A stretch of 64,000 nucleotides of DNA from the NCBI GenBank assembly GCA_029932675.1, contig JAOZPP010000005.1, positions 12,423-76,422 on the forward strand, given 5' to 3'. The notes below the pieces were generated by a model. The model searched no databases. It was given only the letters and a program-made list of their open reading frames with translations, and was not told where the DNA came from. The stretch's first letter is position 1, and each line of letters starts with the position of its first letter. The position numbers and the translations under genes are program-made. Positions 8,565 through 18,091 of the stretch are shown here, piece by piece. The stretch is from a bacterium (GTDB lineage Bacteria > SM23-81 > DAOVCL01).

Positions 8565-9080
8565 ATGCCCATAGAGGGATTATTTACCAGTATGGGGATA
8601 AGTGCCTCTGGCCTCCTTGCCCAGAGGGTGAGGATGAATGCCATTGCCTCAAACATTGCCAATGTAAACACAACTAAGACCCCGGAGGGGGGTCCATATA
8701 GGAGACAATGGGTTGCCCTTGTTGCCAGTGGGCAAGGGGGATTCCTCATCCCCGAAGGAGATTACCCTCCCCTTTCCCTATCACTTCCCCTGGTTTCCAC
8801 CAACCGGGCCCACCTTCCGCGAGAAGGGCTTCATCCTATAGCACGAAGGCCAATGGGGGTTAAGGTGAAGGGGGTGATTAGGGAAGAAGGGGACTTTAAA
8901 CGGATATATGATCCCCAGAATCCCGAGGCAGATGAAGACGGATGGGTGACTATGCCGAATATAGATCTGGCCACTGAAATGGTGGATATGATAACGGCAA
9001 CAAGGGCCTATGAGGCAAATGTCACCGCATTCAACGCAGCGAAGCACATGGCTTTGAAATCAATGGAGATTGTAAGGTAG
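8565..9080 (+). CDS. flgC: Flagellar basal-body rod protein FlgC
   Basis: ASNIANVNTTKT..GGPYRR, YDPQNPEAD, MPNID..EMVDMI..RAYEAN. Confidence 0.95.
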   Translation: MPIEGLFTSMGISASGLLAQRVRMNAIASNIANVNTTKTPEGGPYRRQWVALVASGQGGFLIPEGDYPPLSLSLPLVSTNRAHLPREGLHPIARRPMGVKVKGVIREEGDFKRIYDPQNPEADEDGWVTMPNIDLATEMVDMITATRAYEANVTAFNAAKHMALKSMEIVR

Positions 9081-9084
9081 AGAA

Positions 9085-9375
9085 ATGGATGGTATATCGA
9101 AATTATCGTCCCTTTCCGGGCTCTTCAAATCGCCTCCAGGGCCAAAGCCCGATAAGGAGTCCTTCAAGAAGACGCTCTTAGGATATATAGACCAGATTAA
9201 CGAGCTCCAAAATCGAGCTGACAAATCCATTGAGAAGCTTATCTCCGGTGAGGCGAAGGATCTCCATCAAGTGATGATCGCCGCTGAAGAGGCCTCTATA
9301 AGCTTTCAATTGATGATGGAGCTACGGAACAAGATATTGGATGCTTACCACGAAGTGATGAGGATTCAAGTTTAA
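9085..9375 (+). CDS. fliE: Hook-basal body protein FliE
   Basis: DLHQVMIA..ELRNKILDAYHEVMRIQV. Confidence 0.95.
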   Translation: MDGISKLSSLSGLFKSPPGPKPDKESFKKTLLGYIDQINELQNRADKSIEKLISGEAKDLHQVMIAAEEASISFQLMMELRNKILDAYHEVMRIQV

Positions 9376-9556
9376 CGAAGCCTCGCCTTCCCGCTCCAAG
9401 AGGGCAAATTAACGAGTGCAGCGATATGGGTTAGGCGAAGCTTAGGATGGAGGATCAAGAATGACAGAGATTCGTAACCGGGAAGAATCAGGGCCTCAGC
9501 CCAATTGCTTTTGCTTCCCGCTTTGCCTTATGAAGTGGTTCAATCGGGAGTAGGAA

Positions 9557-11035
9557 ATGGGATCCTGGCAACAGTTGACTAAGGCAGCACAAAGGCTCAG
9601 TATAGGGCAGAAGTTGGCTATGGGAGCCGTTTGCCTCCTCGTCCTCCTCAGCATCATATTTGCCCTCCATTGGGCGAAGAGGCCGGATTTTGCTCCCCTC
9701 TATACCAACCTCTCCCCTCAGGATGCTGCCCAGATGGTGGATAAACTGAGGTCAGCGAAGATACCCTATAGGTTAGCTGCCGGGGGGACGACGATTATGG
9801 TTCCCTCTAAGGATGTCTACCAGACGAGAATAAGCTTGGCCTCTGAAGGTCTTCCTCAGGCAAGCACGGTGGGATTTGAGATCTTTGATAAGACGAACCT
9901 GGGAACAACCGATTTTGTGCAGAAGATCAACTACCATCGAGCATTAGAAGGGGAACTCACCAGGACCATTGAGCAATTGGCCGCGGTTCAATCGGCCAGG
10001 GTGCACCTCGTCATCCCCAATCCCAGCCTTTTTGCCCAAGAGCAGAGGGAGGCTACAGCATCCGTTGTCTTGAATTTGGCGGGAGGGGGGAGGCTTAACC
10101 AAAATCAAGTTAAGGGGATAACTCATCTCGTGGCCAGTTCAGTGGAGGGTTTGAAGCCAGAGAATGTGACCATCTTGGATAGTTGGGGGAATATCCTTTC
10201 CGGTGGAGATGGGGAGGAAAATTCCCTTTTTACCCTGACCAGCAACCAATTGGACCTGCAGAAGAACGTGGAGAGTTACCTCTCCCATAAGGCCTTGGCT
10301 ATGTTGGAAAAGGCAGTAGGGGTGGGGAATGCCATAGTGAAGGTGAATGTGGAGCTCGATTTCAAGAACATAGAGAAGACTGTGGAGAGTTACGATCCGG
10401 AGAGCTCGGTGATCAGAAGTGAGGAGAGGAACGAACAGACCTCAGCTTCCCAAGGGGGAAAGAGCGAAAGTTCTATTACCAATTACGAGATCTCCAAGAC
10501 AGTGGAACATATAGTGGATAAGACCGGAAACATAGAGAAGCTCTGGGCTTCCGTTCTCATAAATGGAACCTACATCAGCAAAAAAGGGAAAAAGGGAAAG
10601 GAAATAAAGGTATATCAGCCGAGGTCGGAAGAGGAAATCGGTCGGCTGACTGAAATAGTGAAGAAGGCCATTGGCTTTGATCCCGCCCGCGGCGACCAAA
10701 TTGAGGTGGCCAATATCCAGTTTGGAACTTCCCCTCAGCCAGCTCAGGTCAATTTGAAACCCTCTCCCCTGGCGAGGATGGGGTCTGGGATGGGGAGGAA
10801 AGTTTTGATAGGGATTATTTTAGTTGTGGCCCTCTTCTTTTTAAAGCTTGCCCTTAAGCAATTGGGGGAGATAGCCTCCTCCCTTCAGCCCACCCCTTCA
10901 GCCCCCACTATGGGTGGAGGGGAGGAAGGGGAGAAGGAGGTTAGATATGATCCCAAGGCGGAGATAATCAAGATGGCCAACGAGAAACCGGACCAACTGG
11001 CCTCTTTAGTGAGGAGTTGGCTAACCAAAGAATAG
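9557..11035 (+). CDS. fliF: MS-ring protein FliF
   Basis: TM, GFEIFD, RALEGELTRTI, ARVHLVIP, ASSVEGL, second TM. Confidence 0.95.
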   Translation: MGSWQQLTKAAQRLSIGQKLAMGAVCLLVLLSIIFALHWAKRPDFAPLYTNLSPQDAAQMVDKLRSAKIPYRLAAGGTTIMVPSKDVYQTRISLASEGLPQASTVGFEIFDKTNLGTTDFVQKINYHRALEGELTRTIEQLAAVQSARVHLVIPNPSLFAQEQREATASVVLNLAGGGRLNQNQVKGITHLVASSVEGLKPENVTILDSWGNILSGGDGEENSLFTLTSNQLDLQKNVESYLSHKALAMLEKAVGVGNAIVKVNVELDFKNIEKTVESYDPESSVIRSEERNEQTSASQGGKSESSITNYEISKTVEHIVDKTGNIEKLWASVLINGTYISKKGKKGKEIKVYQPRSEEEIGRLTEIVKKAIGFDPARGDQIEVANIQFGTSPQPAQVNLKPSPLARMGSGMGRKVLIGIILVVALFFLKLALKQLGEIASSLQPTPSAPTMGGGEEGEKEVRYDPKAEIIKMANEKPDQLASLVRSWLTKE

Positions 11036-11039
11036 GGAG

Positions 11040-12062
11040 ATGGCTTTAGCGAAGGGGAAATTATCTGGAGCCCAGAAGGCTGCAGTGTTGCTGATAACTT
11101 TGGGGCCGGATGCTGCTTCGCAGGTCTTGAAGGAATTGAGCCAGACAGAGGCGCAAATGGTAGTGGGGGAGATAGCTAAACTCAAGGAGATACCTCCGGA
11201 GCTAAAGGATGAGGTGGTGGAGGAGTTCCTCGATGTCAGCCAGAGGAAAAATGAGGCAACCGAGGGGGGAACTGAATTTGCCAGTGAACTCCTCCGCAAG
11301 GCGATTGGGGGGAAGAAGGCCCAGGAGATGCTGCGCAAGGCCATGGAGGGGTATGAGATAAACCCCCTGGAGCTCATCAAAAGCAGTGAACCGGAGGAAC
11401 TCACCAAACATCTCCAGGAGGAACATCCCCAAATCATCGCCCTTATCCTTGCCTTTCTTCCCCGGGACTTGGCTTCGCAGGTCCTCTTAAACCTCCCTGA
11501 GGAGACCTCCCGGGATGTTATTAAAAGGATGGCGGTCACGGAGAGGATCTCCCCTCAGATAATAAAGGAGGTAACTGACCTCCTTGGCGAGAAGTTGGAC
11601 ACGGGCTCCGCTTTGGGGGTGGAGGCCTTTGATGGGGTGAAGACAGCGGCTGAACTCTTGAGCTTCTTGGGAGCTTCAACGGCAAAGGATATACTTGACG
11701 ATCTGGAGAAGGTGAATCCGGAGATGGCCCAGAAGATGCAGGAGTTCCTCTTTATGTTTGATGATATAGCCCATCTGGATGATCGTTCGGTGCAGAGGTT
11801 GCTTAAGGAGATCGATACCAAGCAGTTAACTTTTGCTTTGAAGGCAGCAAGCGAGGAGGTGAAAAAGCGCTTCCTGCAGAATATGTCGGAGAGGGCTCAA
11901 GAGGCTCTCAGGGAGGATATGGAGCTGTTGGGCCCGGTGAGGGTCTCGGAGGTGGAGGAGGCTCAGAGGGCTATAGCTGCAACGGTGCGGAATCTCTCCT
12001 ATGCTGGGGAGATAATCATCCCCCGAAAGGGGGGTGAGGGAGGAGGGGATGAGTATGTATAA
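11040..12062 (+). CDS. fliG: Motor switch protein FliG
   Basis: QKAAVLL, EHPQ, NMSERA, GPVRVSEVEEAQ. Confidence 0.95.
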   Translation: MALAKGKLSGAQKAAVLLITLGPDAASQVLKELSQTEAQMVVGEIAKLKEIPPELKDEVVEEFLDVSQRKNEATEGGTEFASELLRKAIGGKKAQEMLRKAMEGYEINPLELIKSSEPEELTKHLQEEHPQIIALILAFLPRDLASQVLLNLPEETSRDVIKRMAVTERISPQIIKEVTDLLGEKLDTGSALGVEAFDGVKTAAELLSFLGASTAKDILDDLEKVNPEMAQKMQEFLFMFDDIAHLDDRSVQRLLKEIDTKQLTFALKAASEEVKKRFLQNMSERAQEALREDMELLGPVRVSEVEEAQRAIAATVRNLSYAGEIIIPRKGGEGGGDEYV

Positions 12063-12657
12063 TAAGGTGATAAAAAGCAAGATACCACCCGTGGGGATCA
12101 GGGTGGTGGGAGGAAACTTGAGCCCTTCCCCTCCACCCCTTCCTTTGCCTCAGAAGCCACAGTCCTCTTCAGCATCAAATTACCAGAAGGGATTTGAGGA
12201 GGGGAAGAGGGAGGGCCTGAGGTTGGGCAGAGATGAGGTAGCTCAAGTAGTTTCTCAACTTAAGGCCATCTCAGGGGCCATCCTGGAAGCGAAAAAGGAG
12301 ATCATCAATCAAGCCCAAAGGGAAGTGGTGGAGCTGGCTCTGGCCATAGCGAAGAGGGTGGTGAGGGCCAATGTACAGGTTAATAAGGAAATAATCATCA
12401 ATATGGTTGAGGAGACCCTGCGGCGGACAGTGGATAGGGAGAGGATCGTCATCAGGGTTAATCCAAGCGATGTGGAGGTGATAAAGTCAAATCGCTCCCA
12501 GTATACCTCCTCAATTGAGGGGATAGAGAACTTGGAGATAGTCGCTGATCGGAGGGTTTCACCAGGTGGCTGTGTGGTGGAGACGAACACGGGGAGCGTA
12601 GTTGCTGACATCGATGCTCAATTGGAGGAGATAAAGGAGAAACTTATTGGAAGCTGA
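12049..12657 (+). CDS. fliH: Export apparatus protein FliH
   Basis: GxxxG repeats, IRVNPSD, GGCVVET; between fliG and fliI; start set at ATG 12049. Confidence 0.9.
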   Translation: MSMYNKVIKSKIPPVGIRVVGGNLSPSPPPLPLPQKPQSSSASNYQKGFEEGKREGLRLGRDEVAQVVSQLKAISGAILEAKKEIINQAQREVVELALAIAKRVVRANVQVNKEIIINMVEETLRRTVDRERIVIRVNPSDVEVIKSNRSQYTSSIEGIENLEIVADRRVSPGGCVVETNTGSVVADIDAQLEEIKEKLIGS

Positions 12658-12658
12658 A

Positions 12659-14020
12659 ATGGATTTAGAGAAATACCTAAAAGCCATCGAGAGGATAGAT
12701 CCCATAAAACAGAGGGGAAAGGTGACCCAAGTAGTGGGATTGTTGATAGAGTCGTTGGGCCCTTCGGTCTCAGTGGGGGAGATCTGTGATTTGGTTTACA
12801 GTAGAACGGCAAAACCGGTAAAATCTGAAGTGGTAGGTTTTAAGGAAAGGAAGGTTCTCCTGATGCCCCTTGGGCCAATGCTGGGGATTGGCCCGGGAAC
12901 AGAGGTAGTGGCTACCCACCAGGCCCTTTCTGTGGGGGTAGGAAGGGAGCTTTTGGGGAGGATCCTCAATGGTTTGGGGGAGCCGATGGATGGTAAAGGC
13001 CCCCTGGTGACCAGCCAGAGGAGGTCTGTATATGCGTCTCCGCCCCACCCCTTGGAGAGGAAAAGGATTAAGGAACCTTTGCCCACTGGAATTAGGGCCA
13101 TTGATGGTCTGCTTACCTGTGGAAAGGGACAGAGGGTAGGAATATTTGCTGGTAGCGGAGTGGGAAAGTCCGTCCTCTTAGGGATGATTGCCAAAAAGAG
13201 CGAGGCCGCCGTCAATGTCATTGGACTTATTGGGGAGAGGGGGAGGGAGGTAAGGGACTTTATAGAGAGGGATCTGGGGGAGGAAGGGTTGAAGAGGTCT
13301 GTTGTCGTAGTGGCCACCTCAGATCAGCCTCCCTTGATTAGGTTAAAGGGTGCTCTGGTGGCCACCACTATAGCGGAGTTCTTTCGGGATGAGGGGTTTG
13401 ATGTGATGTTGATGATGGATTCGGTGACCAGGATCGCCATGGCCCAAAGGGAGATTGGGCTAGCCATTGGTGAACCACCCACTTCAAAGGGGTATACCCC
13501 TTCTACCTTCGCCTTTTTGCCCCAGTTCTTAGAACGGGCGGGAAATTCCCATCGGGGAAGCATCACCGGCCTCTATACCATATTGGTAGAAGGGGATGAT
13601 ATGAACGAGCCCATCTCCGATGCCTGCCGGGCAATACTTGATGGGCATATAGCCCTCTCGCGTAAATTGGCTTCTCAGAACCACTATCCGGCCATCGATG
13701 TGTTGGAGAGCGTTTCCCGGGTAATGATAGATGTGGTTGGGCCTGAACATATGGAGGCAGCCAAGAAGCTACACGAGGCCTTGGCTACTTACCGGGATTC
13801 CGAGGATCTGATAAACATTGGGGCATATGTGCCTGGATCGAACAAAAGGATAGACTACTCCATCTCTATGATCGATCGGATCAACTCCTTTCTCAAACAG
13901 GATATTGAGGAGGACACTGGATATGAGGAGACGGTTGATCGGCTGATCGGGATGTTCAAGTTCAATCCGGCCCAGGAGATTACCCCTCCTGAGAAGGACC
14001 TGGCCCAGAGGGTAGGATGA
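12659..14020 (+). CDS. fliI: Flagellar export ATPase FliI
   Basis: GSGVGKS Walker A, GERGREV, MMDSVTR, ILDGHI; start set at ATG 12659. Confidence 0.95.
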   Translation: MDLEKYLKAIERIDPIKQRGKVTQVVGLLIESLGPSVSVGEICDLVYSRTAKPVKSEVVGFKERKVLLMPLGPMLGIGPGTEVVATHQALSVGVGRELLGRILNGLGEPMDGKGPLVTSQRRSVYASPPHPLERKRIKEPLPTGIRAIDGLLTCGKGQRVGIFAGSGVGKSVLLGMIAKKSEAAVNVIGLIGERGREVRDFIERDLGEEGLKRSVVVVATSDQPPLIRLKGALVATTIAEFFRDEGFDVMLMMDSVTRIAMAQREIGLAIGEPPTSKGYTPSTFAFLPQFLERAGNSHRGSITGLYTILVEGDDMNEPISDACRAILDGHIALSRKLASQNHYPAIDVLESVSRVMIDVVGPEHMEAAKKLHEALATYRDSEDLINIGAYVPGSNKRIDYSISMIDRINSFLKQDIEEDTGYEETVDRLIGMFKFNPAQEITPPEKDLAQRVG

Positions 14021-14469
14021 AACGTTTTAACTTCAGGTTAAAGAAGGTTCTCAAACACAGGGAGATCTTGGAGAACTTAGAGAAGGAGAGGTTGGGAAGG
14101 GTCAAATCAGAGCTGAAAAGGGAGACGGAGTTATTGAAGGAGATGGAAGACACGAGAAGGAGGGCAAGGGAAAAGTTGAGGGAGAGGAGGGAGGAAGAGA
14201 TTAACCTTCCCGAAGCCCTGATCTATGAGGCATTCCTGGAGAGGATGGACGAGGAGGTTAACCTCCAGGCGGCGAAGGCTGCCCAACTTACCCAGAAGGT
14301 GGAGGAAACCAGGGAGGACCTCCTGCGTGCCTCTAAGCGAAAGAAGATTGTGGAGAAATTGAAGGAGAGGAAAAAAGCTGAATATGCCTCCGAGGTGAGG
14401 AGGTTTGAGCAGGGGATAAGCGATGAAGCCTCGATCAACCGGTTCAATCGTAAAGCGGGGGAAAAATGA
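14017..14469 (+). CDS. fliJ: Export chaperone FliJ
   Basis: MKRFNFRLKKVL, coiled coil, EQGISDE; follows fliI. Confidence 0.9.
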   Translation: MKRFNFRLKKVLKHREILENLEKERLGRVKSELKRETELLKEMEDTRRRAREKLRERREEEINLPEALIYEAFLERMDEEVNLQAAKAAQLTQKVEETREDLLRASKRKKIVEKLKERKKAEYASEVRRFEQGISDEASINRFNRKAGEK

Positions 14470-15044
14470 TGAAGAAGGTAATTTTGAACCTTATCCTCAC
14501 CCTGGTCATCTTTATCGGGATGATGATGGCCACTGGGGTAATGCAGAAGCAACTGTTGCCGGTGCTAAGATTGAAGAAGGAGTTGGCGAAAGGCTCCCCA
14601 GCCCAGCGAGGTGAGGCAGCAGGTGATACCCTCTTGGCAGAGCAGAGTTCACCTCCAGATTCGGCCACTCTGATGCGCAAAGAGATAGAGGCCCAGAGGA
14701 AGGAGATAGCCGCCAAGCTGGCTGCATTGCGGAAAAGGGAGAAGGAGGTCTCCCAACGGGAGCAGAAAATAGAAGAGGAACTTGCCCAACTTAAGAGCTT
14801 AAAAGAAGAGCTCAACGCAACGGCCAGCACTCAGGCCTCCAAGTTGGCCAAGGCATTTCAGGCGATGGATGCGGGTCAGGCAGCAAAGATAGCCGGAAAC
14901 CTTGATGATCGAACGCTAACCGACCTTTTGCTGCAGTTAAGGGAGAGGAATGCGGCCAAGATACTTGCTGCCTTGGACCCTTCCCGTGCAGCCCGCATCT
15001 ACAAAAGTTTGAGTAGCAAAGATCTACAGGCCTCAAGCCAATGA
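14466..15044 (+). CDS. MotE/YlxF/FlbB-like protein (TM, coiled coil, MgtE_N-like domain)
   Basis: AMDAGQAAKI...AAKILAALDPSRAARI; typical position between fliJ and fliK. Confidence 0.8.
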   Translation: MMKKVILNLILTLVIFIGMMMATGVMQKQLLPVLRLKKELAKGSPAQRGEAAGDTLLAEQSSPPDSATLMRKEIEAQRKEIAAKLAALRKREKEVSQREQKIEEELAQLKSLKEELNATASTQASKLAKAFQAMDAGQAAKIAGNLDDRTLTDLLLQLRERNAAKILAALDPSRAARIYKSLSSKDLQASSQ

Positions 15045-15117
15045 AGCCATCTATAATGAGAGAAGCCCCCCTCCTCACCGGAGAGGGTGAAAATTAACCA
15101 AAGGTGAGTTTCGCAAG

Positions 15118-16872
15118 ATGAACCAGTCTGTGTTGAACATATCGCCACCTCCGTCTGAGGGGGAAGTCCATTCCCTCAGGAGGAAGAGGAGGGGTTCAAC
15201 CAAGTTCCAGGACCTTGTTCTGGGGCCAACTCAAGAGGGCTCAGTACTCGAGGGCAACAGGGTTGACCCGTTTTCAGGAGGGGAAGAGGACCCCACTAAC
15301 TGCATCCAGGAATCCGCTAAGGGGCAGTCCTTCTGGGGAGGAGATCTCTCCAAGGTTTTCCCTCAAGGGGGAAGGGTTAGGGGTGGTAAGGCCTTCCTCT
15401 CCCTTTTGAAGGGAACCCAGCCCAAAGGAGCAGATCTTCCTTCCATCCCTGAAAAGCAGAATTCAGAGGGGGGAGGAAAGCCCGCCATTGGGCCAGATGG
15501 CCCCCTCTCTCCTGGGGTAAAGCCGCGTTCATTGAGGCTTTCATCCCTCTGGCCAAAGGGGAATAGAGGCAAAGCAGTGGCTGCGTTTCCACCTATAAGT
15601 CATTTGCCTTCAACCTCAAACATTTCCCCTTCCCCCTCTCTGAATTTTAAAGCTGCCCTCTTAGGAGCAGGCCTTCCAGCCACCATTGCAACCCCCACTC
15701 CTCCAGGTTATCAATGTCTAAAGGTTCCCTCTCAGGGTGATCCGCAAGGCCTTACTTCCTCACCGCGGGTCCAGCAGGGTATTCCTCCGGCAGATCTAAA
15801 GGCCAGGTTGGGAGAAACCGCTTGGGCTATCAATGATGGTTCGGCTTCCTCCAGGGGATTGAGGGCTGGGAAGAGCGGAACCCCTCACTCTCAGGGGGCC
15901 TCTCCGCTCTCCCCAATAAAGGTTGAGGTGGTAGAGAGACCACCATCCCAACTTACCCTCATCCTCCGCTCCTCTCGAGCTGATGGCCCATTGAGGTTGG
16001 AGGTAAACCTTTCTCAGGTGGATTCCTTCTTGAATAGGGTAATGATGAAGTCCCTCGAGAAGGCAGTTGGCTGGGGAGGTAAAGGATGCGAGTTGACCAT
16101 TAGGTCGGAAAATGGCTTAAGCGATAAGCCCCAACTCAATTTTACCTTTAAGGAAGGGAAGATCATTGGAGAGGTAACCCTTTCCGATCAGAGGGTGAAG
16201 GGGATCATTAACCAGGCCCTGCCCCAACTGAAGAGGGCTTTGAGCCAGGTTGGGATAGAGGTGGACAGCCTCCAGGTATCTCTACCTACCCCTCAGCGGA
16301 GGAGATCGCCGCAGGCTTCATCAAAGCATTCATCTGCCCCCTCCCAGGCTGAGGAGGCAAAGGCTTTTAGGCTAAACTTCCCTTCGTCACCAGTGAGGTT
16401 ACCGGCTGCCCTCTCTCACCACCAGCAATCACCCATCTCCTCCCCTCAGGTCAAGGGCTTGAACCCCCTGATAGATCAGCTTATCGGAAAGCTTAAGGTA
16501 AACCTCCAGCAGGGGAGATCAGAGGCTACGGTGGCTTTAAAGCCCGATTATTTGGGAAACCTCCAGATAAAGTTAACCTTAGAGGGGAAGAATATCGTGG
16601 GGAAGATTCTGGTTGATAATCCCCTAACCAAGAGTTTGATTCAAAGCTCTTTGCCCCAACTCAGGGACTCCCTCACCCATTTGGGTATTCAGGTTCAGAA
16701 CTTTGATGTCGCCGTTGGAGGGAAATTTCCTTCCCCTCAGCGAAGGTCGACCTCACGGGGGAAGAGGGAGAAGCTTCCCCCCTATTCCAAACCGCTTCCC
16801 TCCCTTCATTCCCTTTCCCCTGTTTTGGGGGTGAATATGGCTGCCGGAGGGGGGGTGGATTACTTGGCTTGA
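15118..16872 (+). CDS. fliK: Hook-length control protein FliK
   Basis: Long Pro/Ser-rich disordered region; LKPDYLGNLQI...LPQLRDSL..GI; C-terminal GVDYLA; precedes flgD. Confidence 0.85.
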   Translation: MNQSVLNISPPPSEGEVHSLRRKRRGSTKFQDLVLGPTQEGSVLEGNRVDPFSGGEEDPTNCIQESAKGQSFWGGDLSKVFPQGGRVRGGKAFLSLLKGTQPKGADLPSIPEKQNSEGGGKPAIGPDGPLSPGVKPRSLRLSSLWPKGNRGKAVAAFPPISHLPSTSNISPSPSLNFKAALLGAGLPATIATPTPPGYQCLKVPSQGDPQGLTSSPRVQQGIPPADLKARLGETAWAINDGSASSRGLRAGKSGTPHSQGASPLSPIKVEVVERPPSQLTLILRSSRADGPLRLEVNLSQVDSFLNRVMMKSLEKAVGWGGKGCELTIRSENGLSDKPQLNFTFKEGKIIGEVTLSDQRVKGIINQALPQLKRALSQVGIEVDSLQVSLPTPQRRRSPQASSKHSSAPSQAEEAKAFRLNFPSSPVRLPAALSHHQQSPISSPQVKGLNPLIDQLIGKLKVNLQQGRSEATVALKPDYLGNLQIKLTLEGKNIVGKILVDNPLTKSLIQSSLPQLRDSLTHLGIQVQNFDVAVGGKFPSPQRRSTSRGKREKLPPYSKPLPSLHSLSPVLGVNMAAGGGVDYLA

Positions 16873-16947
16873 TCCACCGAATGACCAGTTAACAACAAAC
16901 AATTGTTAATTAACAAACGAAAACAGTTGGAAAGGAGGTGAAAGGAT

Positions 16948-17610
16948 ATGAGCAATGAATCCATTGCTCCACTCAGCTTAGGAGCCGATCAGACCCTTTA
17001 CTCCATGGGGGGAACAACTCTGGGAAAGGAGGATTTCCTCAAGCTCCTCATCACCCAGCTCCAGTATCAAGATCCGCTAAGTCCCCTGAACAACCAGGAG
17101 TTTATGGCTGAACTGGCCCAATTTAGCTCCTTGGAGCAGCTTCAGAACGTCAACTCCAACCTCCAGACAAGTATGCTCCTCAGCCAGTCCCTCAACAACT
17201 CCTCAGCTACTAACTTGATCGGAAAGAGGGTCATAAGCTTGGGCAACCAGGTCTACTTGTCCGGTGAGGGAGGGGAGGAGATAACCTTTGACTTAGCTGA
17301 GGATGCAGGGGTCACCATAGAGATCTACGATGAGGAGGGAAATCTGATCAGGACCCTCAAAGGTGGCTCCCTCCCGGGAGGGAGAAACCAGATCCACTGG
17401 GATGGGGAGGATGGAGAGGGCAACCAGCTTCCTCCTGGCAACTACAGCTTTAAGGTTATAGCTGTTGACTCAGAGAGCAATGTGGTGGATGTAACCACCT
17501 ATAGCACAGGTTTGGTAGAGGGGGTAAGGTTCAAGGAGGGGAATGCTGTGCTCATATTGGGGGATGAGGAGATCAACCTCTCCGACATCGTAGAGGTCCT
17601 TAGGCCGTAG
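16948..17610 (+). CDS. flgD: Hook capping protein FlgD
   Basis: FLKLLITQLQYQDPLSP, ELAQFSSLEQ, WDGED..G. Confidence 0.95.
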   Translation: MSNESIAPLSLGADQTLYSMGGTTLGKEDFLKLLITQLQYQDPLSPLNNQEFMAELAQFSSLEQLQNVNSNLQTSMLLSQSLNNSSATNLIGKRVISLGNQVYLSGEGGEEITFDLAEDAGVTIEIYDEEGNLIRTLKGGSLPGGRNQIHWDGEDGEGNQLPPGNYSFKVIAVDSESNVVDVTTYSTGLVEGVRFKEGNAVLILGDEEINLSDIVEVLRP

Positions 17611-17618
17611 GAAAGGAG

Positions 17619-18014
17619 GTGATGAGAGTGGTAGACCTAATCCACGGCACCCCTGCTGAGCCCTTAAATTACCCCTTCCTGCAGCAGGGAAAATGCGGAA
17701 GTTCTAATAGTACCTCCTACTTTCAGCAGATCCTTAGCCAGAAGCTGGAGGAAGGGAACCAGGACCTAAAGTTCTCCTCTCATGCAATTCAGAGGTTGGC
17801 TTCCCGGGAGATCAACCTCACCTCCTATGATCTGAGCAGGATCAACGGAGCTGTGGAAAGGGCAAAGGCGAAGGGGGCCAAGGATTCATTGGTTCTCTTA
17901 GGCAACTTGGCCTTTGTAGTCAGTGTGGAAAACAAGACAGTTATCACCGCCTTAGTCGATTCTTCCCTCCGGGAGAGGGTCTTTACCCAAATCGACAGTG
18001 CGGTGATAGCTTAA
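17619..18014 (+). CDS. Flagellar operon protein, TIGR02530-like
   Basis: LKFSSHAIQRLASREI, AKAKGAKDSLV, VFTQIDSAVI; between flgD and flgE. Confidence 0.85.
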   Translation: MMRVVDLIHGTPAEPLNYPFLQQGKCGSSNSTSYFQQILSQKLEEGNQDLKFSSHAIQRLASREINLTSYDLSRINGAVERAKAKGAKDSLVLLGNLAFVVSVENKTVITALVDSSLRERVFTQIDSAVIA

Positions 18015-18018
18015 AACC

Positions 18019-18070
18019 GGGCTGGACCCCTTTGGGGAGGCCCAGGGCTGCTGAACGAATGAAGCAGCCC
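18019..18070 (+). promoter_or_regulatory. Putative two-hairpin cis-regulatory RNA in the flgE leader
   Basis: GGGCTGGACCCC-TTT-GGGGAGGCCC then GGGCTGCT-GAACGAATGA-AGCAGCCC, ending about 20 nt before the ATG. Confidence 0.5.
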
Positions 18071-18091
18071 AGAAGAAGGGGGTAGATTAAA

